Shown: positions 10,384 through 20,000 of the stretch, piece after piece | Layout: every line of letters starts with the position of its first letter | How positions within the stretch are numbered: the first letter of the stretch is position 1 | From: Atractiella rhizophila | Lineage: Eukaryota | DNA length: 20,000 bases | Assembly (NCBI GenBank): GCA_021432655.1 | Contig: MU271424.1 | Location: forward strand, 47,198-67,197 | Direction of reading: 5' to 3' | The notes under the pieces: model-generated | Told to the model about the DNA's origin: nothing | Seen by the model: only the letters and a program-made list of their open reading frames with translations | Databases searched by the model: none | Position numbers and translations under genes: made by a program

Positions 10384-11170
10384 GTATGGTCGAAAGTGTG
10401 GTCAAAAAAGTTTCCTCATAAGGTTTGGGACCTTTGCAAAGAAGGCTCGCATAAAGAAGCATTCGTCGCCAAACAGAAGGCTCGAATTCGCAACTTTGCC
10501 AGTCTGCTTTTTACGATCACGGCTTGGAACAGTTTTGGTGTGTATTGGTGTGTATTATTGCTTCGAGAGTTGTTGATGGGCGCATAATTGCTAGTGTTGA
10601 GGGGTCCCCAGTGAGTCCCCGTTTTAGTGAAGTAGGGGATGTGGCCTCGATGGTGGCCGTCATTTGCTCTTTTTTTTCAAGGTTATATGATGTGTTCGCT
10701 CTGAAGAACGCTTGGAAAGTCTCCCTATGATCAAAAGAAGTGGTGTCCTTAGAAGAAGGATCCTAATTCCCACTTCATATCTGTAGCGTCTCCTCCCGCC
10801 TTCGCTTCTGCTATCAAGATGCACTCTGCCCTTTGTGCATCTACCCGGTTCAGAAATGGTATATAGGCATCTTCCTCAGCCTCCAAATTTGAAGTTGTTC
10901 AACGGAGTTGACTCCTTGTTGCACCGGAGCCGTGAAGTTGAGTCGTGGACCAGCTCGTGAGTATAGTGTCGGTCGCCTAATCGCAACCAGCCTGCCAAAC
11001 CTTAAAATTGCTCCCTCAGTTTCTATCCTGGCGACTATCTGTCTGTGAAATATGCTCTAAAGGAGCCTTAGATTAAAACCTACAGACAACTTTTTGGAAA
11101 GTCTTCTTCCTGCGGAGCAATTTTTTTTTTCACTGTGAGATTTGGAACAAAGCACTCTTGTACGTGCTAT

Positions 11171-11306
11171 TGTATGTCAGGTGACCCATTGTGCGCCTGA
11201 CTGTATGTCAGGTGACCCATTGTGCGCCTGACTGTATGTCAGGTGACCCACTGTGCGTCTGACTGTACGTTAGTGACTCATTATGTCGAACGGTACGTCA
11301 GGTGAC
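11171..11306. repeat. 31-bp minisatellite TGTATGTCAGGTGACCCATTGTGCGCCTGAC, about 4.5 copies decaying rightward
   Basis: Units start at 11171 and 11202 (identical), 11233 (2 mismatches), 11264 (degenerate) and about 11293 (partial). Confidence 0.92.
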
Positions 11307-11649
11307 ACTGTTTGTGCAAAGAGTGTCGTCAGTCGTCACCATTTGATGCTGAATCAAATGCAACTGAAGCAATACTGTTTACAGCTTCCACAGGCACGCT
11401 CAACATGATGTCAGATAGACGGTATATTACAAACATATTCTTCCTTAACAATTTAATTCTACTAATACATTCTTGCAAAATTGTGCATCACACCATTCTT
11501 TCTTCACATGTACCTTGAACAGCTCCAGCCTCTTGAACTGGCAAAAAAAAATTTGGAAAAATTTGGAACATAATTCATCAACCATCATCAATGAGTCATG
11601 CTAAGGCACTGTTGTTGGGACTAGGTGACCGTCACCATAGCTTTGAGTG

Positions 11650-12525
11650 CGCATAAAATGAACTTACGCATCCATGACGATGATCAGACTGTTGAATCGA
11701 GTGTCCAACCCATGAAGCTCAATTTATGCATCCACATCAATAAAGAGAAGGACGTACTCAAAAGATTCAGGCATGAATTCCCCCGGTTTCTTTCGTGCCA
11801 AGTGACTGTCATTCTGGGGCTTTTCTCTCTTCCCCTTCGTCTGCGCAAGGCGGACATACGGTCTATCGGACAATTCTCATCCCATTTTGAACACTAAGTC
11901 ACGTCAAATTTGTTGTCTTCAGAAGTTCAAGGGAAAGGAATGCAGTCGCATCTCGCATTTCCTCCTCCTCAGCGTCCCGCGCCACGTCTTCCTGATCTCT
12001 AGTCAGACGCTGTGATTTGTGGCGGTCTTTCATGCAACTCCCAGGAAAAGGTTGGAAGTCAAAGCACCACGACAGAGAGTCCGTCAATTGATTTCAGTTG
12101 ATCACGAGTCGCGATCGCTGTTGACCTTCTCTGGCTCGCACCTAAAAAAGATCATGACTGTTGCATCAGCGTCTGAGCTTCAGCGGATCCACTTCAGAAT
12201 CCATATCAGTCAAAGCGTGAGGAGCAAATTAAGAAGAAGCTCCTTGGAGTGATCCCGGTTTGCGAATCATCGCTGCATCAAGAGCAGGAAGACCTGAAGA
12301 CCTGCAAGAAAAACCGATCCGCCTCGTGTTTCCAGAGCAATAAAATCCAAACAACCAAACAAAAACTTTATCGGGAGCTCGTTGCACCTCTTTTCGACTC
12401 TTCCCCTGATTCTATTCGCCCCTCTGTTCACAGGGACGCACTGAAAGGGTGAATGATCATGCAATAACTCCCCTTTGTGCAGAGGTTGCAGTGGGCAGCG
12501 ATGGGGCTTCCCGCTGGGATGACAT
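11650..12525 (-). pseudogene. Possible decayed gene relic(s) of unknown family
   Basis: Protein-like minus-strand stretches broken by stops (...KPGSLQGASS*FAPHALTDMDSEVDPLKLRR*CNSHD...), intron-like segments, and an internal diverged repeat. No complete model could be built. Confidence 0.25.
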
Positions 12526-12772
12526 TACGAAAAAGGGATCTCGATGCATGAGAAAATTATGAAGGTCAAGCGAACAACGATCAATAAACAGCCGAACTCA
12601 GCTTATGCTTAAATGCTCTAAAATAGCCAATATAACGAGGCCACGCCTCATTCCAAATCTTTCCCCGTTTGCTCCCCTCACATTTTTGCCCGCTTTCCCT
12701 CATCCTCCTACTTGAAAGAAGGGATCAGGACGATTCTCAAGCGATTGAGTGAGATAGGAAAAGAGAAGCATC

Positions 12773-15334
12773 ATGTCCTGTGAGTCCTTTATAGACCTTT
12801 TGCTTCCTCGTGTGTAGAATGCTGCGAAGCTAACGCCTTTGTCTTTTCTTTTCCTTTGTCCCTTCAAAGATCAATCCGATCAGCGTGGCAGACCATCGGT
12901 AGCGAGCAGACAGGAAGGAACCAGAGGCTCAAGAACGTCGATCGAGCTGAAAGGTGAATCCCCTGGTCCATTGCCCCCTCAACAATCGACAAGCTCGGCG
13001 ACAAAGAGACGGAGAAATGGATCTGCAAAAGCTCCTCTTCCCACCCCACACACAACTCAATTCTCCCTCCCTCCCAATCCAGCTCGTGCTCAGACATCTT
13101 CTCCTCCTTCAACTGTTCGACCTCGCCGATCAAGTCCTCGAGCTCGACATGGCACCCCATCGTCGTTGGATTCACAGGACGAAGTCCAGCTTCACACTGG
13201 TCGTCCCAAGGGACAGGCTGGAAGGGATGAGAGGGGTAACCTGCTCCCTCCTCTATATCATAAGGATGGTGATGCAAGAATGCGTGGTTACAAACTCGCT
13301 CTCTTGGAGATCGATCGTGACGACGTGACGAACTTGTTCAAGATTCGGAAGACGTTGGATTGGGCATGCAGCGTTGCAGAGCAGGCTATCTCTTTGGAGG
13401 AACAGAAGAGGATGGCACGTTATTCGGAAGAGATTGTGAGGGATGGCGATGAGAAGACCATGCCCTTCTCGTTCTTTGCACAGGAAGTAAGTCTTTTCTC
13501 TTTTCTAACCCGAACTCGCGGACCGCAATGTTAACTGAAGGGCTGGTTAGCCGGAGCGCTTCATGAGAACTCCTTACGCTGTCCCCGTCCCTTCTGCCCC
13601 TCCCGTATCGGAAGACACAGGGTTTCGGGAGTTCCGGCGCAAGCGACATATCCTAACTGATCCACAGTCGAACAAGATCGCGCATCAACAACGAAAAATC
13701 ATGGCTTCCTACGCGCAGAAGCTGATCGATCGCGTGCGTCGTCTGAAGGACAAAACCGGCGCAGATATGGAACAAGGATCAGTGCTGTCTTTCCCCCGAT
13801 CCCTTATCGATGAGAGTGAACCGTCCTACGACGGTGAATACCTACCAACCTTGAGGAGTTCGCGATACGTTAGAATGCAGAGAAAGCTCCTCGAGTACGA
13901 ACAGGCCCAATCTCCCGGCAGCGCACCTCCAACCCTCATCGACTATCTCAAACCTCACATTCAGGACTACGTGGATATGTGGCTGGGTGGGCCCAGAATC
14001 CCGAATTCGATTTAGAAGTCGAGATATCCTATCGTGAAATCGACAAAAAGGTGCAGGAGGACGAAGATCAACAACCGCCACCTGCACCCGAACCGACCCC
14101 TGTACTCAGTGGTGACGCGAATGCTCCGTTACAACCGCAGTCGGCAGAATCTCTGTCGTCAGCCCGTTTCGAAAGCGAGAGGCTCGTCTTTAGGGCTGCT
14201 GGGGAGAGAGAAATTGATCGAAGCCTTTCTCCTTTAGTACGGCAAGAGTGTGATTTGCGGACATTGAAGGCCAACCCATCTGTGGAAACACAGTCCGCTT
14301 CAAATGTAGCTGCTCCAAGGGTCCATGCCAACCATTCAAGCATGGGAGAGGGCGAGGAAGTGGGCGTGAAGCCGGGGCATGAAGGTCGCCCGTCGTCGAA
14401 GAAGCGGTGGATGTCAGACGATAGTCTGAAGATTCGTAAGCAAGGCGGAGCAGTCATTACCGTCAACGATCTCGGGATGCGAGTTCTCCCTACGACGGTC
14501 GTAGTAGACACCAAAAAGAAGAGAAAGCGAGACGAAGAGGTCGACGGGGTTGCTAGTAAACGAGTAAGACGACCTCCAATGTGGCCGTAATTTTCTAACA
14601 GTGGTTTCTCAGGTTCGGACAACACGACACTTCGTTCATCTAGATCCAATACCTCATGCTGAGCGGCCGGAATTTCCATACGACCTCACTGCTCACATCA
14701 TACCTCCTCCTGCTCCACCTCGGAACGAATTGACCAGCGAGAATGTCTTCGAACTGAAAGAGCGGCACTTGGGACCATACACCATCACCGGAAGTCGGGA
14801 CGGTTTACAATCTTGGGATGAGGAGAATAACGATGGCACTTATCTCGAGCGAGATCTGGGATACGCCCCATCCTCTGGCTACCGTGGTCGCAGGACCGTT
14901 CTCGTATGGCACATTCTTCTTGACTACGAACGACGATACTGACTCCTTTAACTATAAGGACGAGGACGAACTGATTGCCGCAGCTCGCGCTGATCCTGAG
15001 CATCCCTTCCCGAATGGTGTCCCAAGGTGCTACGCTGATCAAGCTCGGAAACCCATGGATGCTAAGATGAATGATTGGCTTGTAAGTCTTTGCATCGTCC
15101 ACTGTTTCCGATACGGGTCTAACTTGTGGCCAGACCAACTATACATACCCAAAGGCTACACCTGAACAAATGGTGGGGCCCATGCTCCCACCAGCTTATC
15201 CTAATTGGTCCTTCGTATACGATTACGAGTAAGTGGTGATAAGTTCTTATCTAAAATTATTTGACCAAACTGTAACCTTTAGACTTAACTACGAGATTGT
15301 GCGAGCCCCAACGCCTCGTAAAAAGTACTTTTGA
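12773..15334 (+). CDS. Orphan protein of about 710-730 aa, disordered and Pro/charged-rich with NLS-like KKKRKR; exons 12773-12779, 12870-13486, 13551-14563 (possible in-frame intron 13605-13667), 14613-14903, 14959-15081, 15134-15228, 15283-15334; one apparent frameshift near 13985
   Basis: Six introns with canonical GT donors, branch-like sites and AG acceptors join the ORF-track pieces in phase. The total is 2198 nt, 1 nt short of a whole number of codons. No family recognised. Confidence 0.65.
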
Positions 15335-15758
15335 GCAAGGGGTTGAGGAACGCGAGAGGGGGCTCACTTCATCTACAATCAGCATTCCAGAGCTAAATTA
15401 TACCACCACTTCATTGTTTCCGGGTGTTCAATTAAGTGTCAACCGTACTGTTGTAGGTTTCAAAATATTCCTTGAAATTTCCTTTATCCGTACCATCTCC
15501 TGTCGGCATTTCTTTGTTATGTGTCGTGGGCATCGATGACTGACGATATGTGCCCATCCGGTCCATTCCTTAATCCTTTCGTCGCGGCCGTTGAGCTATA
15601 TCTTGGCTGCTATATGGCTGGCAATGTACTACTAATACGTGCTCTGACATTGGGATATAGAAGAGGTGACACAATTTATCCCCGTTTGATTTACTTTAAA
15701 CATAGAAGCATAATCACATAAGTAAAGAACAAGGAAAGGGGGAAGTAACATATGTAGC

Positions 15759-17055
15759 TCATCGCCGCCCCGACACGGGAGGGACTTCTGAAGGGGACGC
15801 GTGAGGCTGAACCTGCGCAACCTGCGCCACTGCAGCACTGATAGGTCGTGAGGGATCCATCATTGGTGTCGGCTCGAGATCCGGATTCTCATCGCCCTCT
15901 TGCATCTGCTGCATCATCAAAGTATTTTCTCAGTCACTGGAAAGGAGGGAGGACACGGTAGAAGCTCACAATAAGATCAGAATCAATGGTCATATCATCC
16001 AGTGCTTCCTCCGCCTGTCCCCTCTCCTTCTCCTTGCCCTTCCCAGCCTTCTTGCCATTTTGTCTATTCGCATAATCTCTTCTGAACCAATAATCCTTCG
16101 AAAGACTCCAGAACTGCGAGTTGGTCAGGACTGGCCGTCCATCATCGACAGCAGCGTTGTACAGTTGACCAGACGTCCGGTCTCGGATGTCGTTTGCAAT
16201 CATCAACGCCACGCCTTCATAAATCTCGTTCGCTCGCTCCATCCCGAACTCTGCGCGCAAGTAGGCGAAAATTGAACGACCGTAGGAAGCGAGCAGATGC
16301 TCCGGAGTTCCATTCACTTCTGTTTCGAGGATGTTGTGCTCTCTGTTGATTTGGTTGAGGTGGCGCCCTAAGGTCTCCATGACTGAATCGGCGATGATTG
16401 CATGCTCCTAATGCCCAAGTTACTGAGAAATTTCATGACGAAATCATCGAGACGCACGAGAACTTGGTTGGAGTTTGCTTGAGTCAATCTCAGTGCAAGC
16501 CAACCTGTATCGGGTAGAGCATCTGTGCCTGCCTTTGGAATCGGATAGGTCTTGACGAATTCTGAAGGTTCTGGAGATCCTCGAGCCCTTTTCTCGTCCT
16601 CTTCTACTTCGCGGTACCACTGCTTGTGGGCCTCCAGGTTCTCCATTGATAGAGGCAGGTAGGGCGCCTCGGCTGCTTTTTGCTGTTGTACCTGTGGTCG
16701 AGCAAGGTGATTCTGGTCCGATGTTGGATTGGTGGAGATATCTGTCCTCTGCTTGCCACAAAATACTACACTCAGACTCCTCCATTCATGGCACTGAAAG
16801 CCTTAGGAACAACGGAAGACTTACAGAACGTTCAGGTCCATATCTCCCACCAGGTAGAGGACGAGGAAGAAATCCGTAATCCGTTGTTGCAGTAAGCTGC
16901 TCATGGTCATCAGCTTTCACCTTGATGCTGCTGCTGCCATTTGTATTGTTCTGAGCGGAGGCGGGTTGCGAAGCAGCTCGTTGGGCTCGTTTGGGTAGGG
17001 GAGAGATAAAGCGTCTTGCATTCAAAACTTCTTGCGGTGGTGCAGGATGGGACAT
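15759..17055 (-). CDS. Orphan protein of about 370 aa; exons 17055-16825, 16751-16458, 16407-15970, 15908-15759
   Basis: ATG in ACAATG context; donors GTAAGT, GTGCGT and GTGAGC, all phase 0; 1113 nt in frame. Helical-looking core (...YGRSIFAYLRAEFG...FWSLSKDYWFRRDY...). Probable 5'UTR intron donor near 17177. Confidence 0.7.
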
Positions 17056-17876
17056 TGTAAGATGTCTGCGCTAAGACGCAGGAACTTGTGTTCTTTAGTT
17101 GAATGTGTCTTCCGTGATTGTTGCCTTAAAAGACAATAAGAGCGACCCAGCAACAATAACTCAGCAAAGGAACTTACGTGACTTGTTTGAAACGCTCTAA
17201 GCTGCTGCTTCTCTTGCGTAACTTCGCAATCCTCCTTTGTGGGATGGCTTCAGTAACAAAACGCTGATCAGGTATGCCCCCCCCCCACGTTACAAGGAAT
17301 GCTATCAACTGTGCGACCTAACTCAAAAGGACAGTTCTATGAAACGCTCCGTAGATGCGATAGAGAGAACTGATGTTAAGCGGTAGAGGACGACGGTCGA
17401 AATTTGGGAGACAATCAAGGGAGAATCACGTGTTGCACGTCAACACGTCCAAACAAACAATTTGTGCTGACATGTGACTTGTTCAAGAGCTCGCATTTCA
17501 TTGCGCTCTGCTCTTCTTAAATGACCAAACGTTACTAGATAACGCTGTGGGTTGTAGTACGGCCATCGAGATGAAGTCGGAATTGCAAAGAAAGGTTTAT
17601 CGACTTAGAGCCACCTTCATGAATATCGACTTGCGGTCGAAAACGGGCCAATGATGGATGATCCCTTGCTTCAGCCGCCTCACGAACGGGAATGTATCCG
17701 ACAGGTGTCTTGAATGGCGCAGGCTCCTTTTAAGCCATCCAGAATGGTCAAGCAACTAGAGACGACGCAAAATCCAAAGTACAAAGGGAGGAAATGCAGA
17801 AGCATTATCATCTGGAGGCAATGATTCATCAGTAATCCACTCAAGGGCGAGGCGCAATCCATACTTCAATTGAAAA

Positions 17877-20000
17877 TCAGCGCCTCTTCTCCCTCTTAGC
17901 TCTTCCACCAGGAGCAGCACCTTTGCGATCAGCCTGCCGCCGATTTTTTGTATCCACTTGATCGTAAAAGTTGGTAGCCTTTTTCTTGCTTGTCTTCATC
18001 CTCTTCTCCTTTGTAAGCTTTGAATCAGGCTCGTCGTCATCGAAGTCGGCAGCTATTCCAACAGCGATTCACGTTCAGCGACCTAAAGAACTGAAGACTA
18101 AAGAGACCTACCTCGTTTCTTCCCTTTCGGCGGTACCTGGGCCTTCATTGATGCCTGCGCAGCTTTCGATCCAACTTTGGATTTTGGCTTGGATTTGGAA
18201 GATTCGGCTGGTGGAGGGGTATTGACGAAGATTTCAACCGACTGTTCGCTCTCTTCATCCCAGCCATCTAAATCTTCATCGCCATCCTCATCCTCATCAG
18301 CGTCCTCGTCCTCGTCCTCGACAGCATGCATGAGGCGTTCCACTTTGCTACTGATAGACTTCGTCGGCGATGTGCGACCATTGTTCATAAGGTCATCCCA
18401 ATCGATCTCCTCTTCATCACCCTCTTCCTCTATCTCGTCTTCCTGCTCAGCGACAGCGGATGTATCTTCCGCCTCCTCTTCATCGCCCTCATCTTCCTCC
18501 AGGAAACGGCCCTTCTCTCGCACCACCTGGTGTAGTGGTTGAGCAACTGCTTTAAGCCTACCAACCTCCACTTCAGGGTTCTTCGCGGTATTCTTCTCCT
18601 TTTTCTTCTCTGTCACCTTTCTACCAGCATCTTCTTCTCAGTACCGTCTTGCCCTTTCGATTCTGTCTCAGGGGGACGCTCAAAATACGGAATCCTCCCC
18701 CGTATCCAGTCGTTGAGCACCATGATGGAGGTTGTTCTCAAATCTGCTTCTCCACCCTTCAACAAGCGACCGCTCTTCCGTGAGAGTACGTCAAGAAAAT
18801 CCTCGGAGTCCCGTCCCACTTCCATGCATCGTGGAGACCGTAAGTTCGCCGAATGTAGTCAGGTTTAACCCGTGCGAGAAGGGGAGCAATGTGATCTTGT
18901 GGAGAGGACAAATGTTCGACTCGGACGACGCCTTTCAACACCTTCTGTGCTTCGGTATCGCGAGCGGAAGCAGGAACGATACCAGGACAGTCGATGAGGT
19001 AGATACGGCGCATGAGAGTAATATATTGCCACACCTGCTCAGAAGCGTAACTCATCAGTATGTAGGATGCTGTCGAGTGTAAATCACTGACTTTCGTCTC
19101 TCCGGGAATTGGCGCAACATTGCACACCTTCTTTTTCTTCAAAGTATTGATAATACTCGACTTCCCGACATTAGGATATCCGAAAAATCCCACAGAGATC
19201 TGTTTTTTGTCGTTGAAAAGAGTGGAGAATTGGCGGAGGAGCGATATGAGGGAACCTTTCCCAAATGAGTTGTTGATGGATGCGTGGAAGGCGATGGTCG
19301 GATTGAACTGAGAAAGGTATTTGACCCATCGCGCCTATGTCAGTTTTCAACTATGTGTTAGTATTGTCATTGTGAGGACTTGAAATAATTATGTGCGAGT
19401 ATTAACTAAGAAGTGCGGCACGTCTTTCCCTTTTTAAGAGGAAATCGACTAGCCTGTCTTTCAACTGCAAGTCCGAACTTCTACTCTTTTAAAACTTTCG
19501 ATCTTCCACAAACGTAACGGTCATTCCCTCATGTTGTCCCTTGATAGGGTTAGGAGGACCTGACTTGTTGTGGTGCAAGGAATGCCTTGAAAAATGATGA
19601 AAAAGACTCACAGCTACCCAACCAGGGACCAGATCGATCTTATTGAGTACCCAAACAAGCTTCTTCCCACGCTTTTCCTTCGCCAAATATTTCTCAATGT
19701 GCTCGCAGCGAGTACCCAAAGGATCTCTCGCATCCAGGACATTGATCAAGACATCGGAAGAATCAATGACCTATTCGTCTCGTCTCTCAGCTTTGACGAC
19801 CACAGAGGACACAAACTCACCTTGTACAATTCCCCCCAAATCCTCTTCGACGTTCCTGCGCTGAGAATGTAATCCGGATTCACATCGTTTAACTGCATTT
19901 CCTCCTCCACGCCCTCCACGGCATCCACGGGCTGGGCTTCTGCTGGTCCATCAATTGCAACCTTCGAACTGCTTGCCACTGGCTCAGCCGCCGTTTTCGC
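17877..20000 (-). CDS. NOG2: Nucleolar GTP-binding protein 2 (circularly permuted GTPase, pre-60S assembly), 5' end beyond the window; introns 19820-19771, 19611-19335, 19091-19035, 18111-18053; two apparent 1-nt deletions
   Basis: [91 protein letters not shown], an acidic tract and basic C-terminus [11 protein letters not shown] at 17879-17877. Confidence 0.95.
19389..19575 (-). ncRNA. snR191: Intronic box H/ACA snoRNA, snR191/U19 (SNORA74)-like guide for LSU rRNA helix 69 pseudouridines
   Basis: Two hairpins. Pocket 1 is AGUCA (19565-19561) / GUUAC (19518-19514) around stem GGUC/GACC. Pocket 2 is AGAGU (19487-19483) / UAGUUA (19408-19403) around stem AGAAGU/ACUUCU. The ACA box (19394-19392) lies 14 nt from pocket 2. 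The host is the NOG2 intron, as in yeast. Confidence 0.88.

Noticed and set aside
11171..11306. CRISPR array (31-bp palindromic repeats)
   Set aside because: Units are directly adjacent with no unique spacers, there are no cas genes, and the context is eukaryotic.
11115..11560. MITE bounded by T-run and A-run inverted ends
   Set aside because: The match is essentially homopolymer only, and no convincing TIR or target-site duplication is visible.
14068..14679. 203-aa minus-strand ORF
   Set aside because: Antisense to the spliced plus-strand orphan, whose splice signals are all on the + strand.
18625..18820. Programmed ribosomal frameshifting in NOG2
   Set aside because: No X XXY YYZ slippery heptamer at either break, and similar 1-nt losses elsewhere point to sequence error.
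17971..19082. Ser-rich and hydrophobic plus-strand ORFs
   Set aside because: Reverse complement of the NOG2 acidic and basic tracts.
892..20000. Functional cluster of translation genes (EFM7, MEF1, NOG2)
   Set aside because: They act in different compartments and are separated by unrelated genes; chance adjacency is sufficient.

Overview
Eukaryotic, intron-rich fungal DNA. Most introns are 40-70 nt GT-AG with CTRAC-type branch sites, a basidiomycete-like architecture. The ORF track therefore shows exon fragments, and I rebuilt the gene models by hand from splice signals. Left to right the window holds: a probable gene tail; a disrupted Swi5/Sae3-like gene; EFM7/NNT1 methyltransferase (-); a YbjQ/UPF0145-like gene (+); a tandem C2H2 zinc-finger cluster (one relic, two intact paralogs); mitochondrial EF-G MEF1 (-); a gene-poor stretch with a hairpin minisatellite and gene relics; two convergent orphan genes; and the 3' part of NOG2 (-). 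Highlights: (1) the 277-nt NOG2 intron encodes an H/ACA snoRNA whose two pockets match LSU rRNA helix 69 (snR191/U19-like); (2) MEF1 carries a perfect in-frame 96-bp tandem duplication that doubles the P-loop; (3) several 1-nt frameshifts, including two in NOG2, suggest consensus errors that temper the other anomalies. Family calls come from remembered motifs, not database searches.
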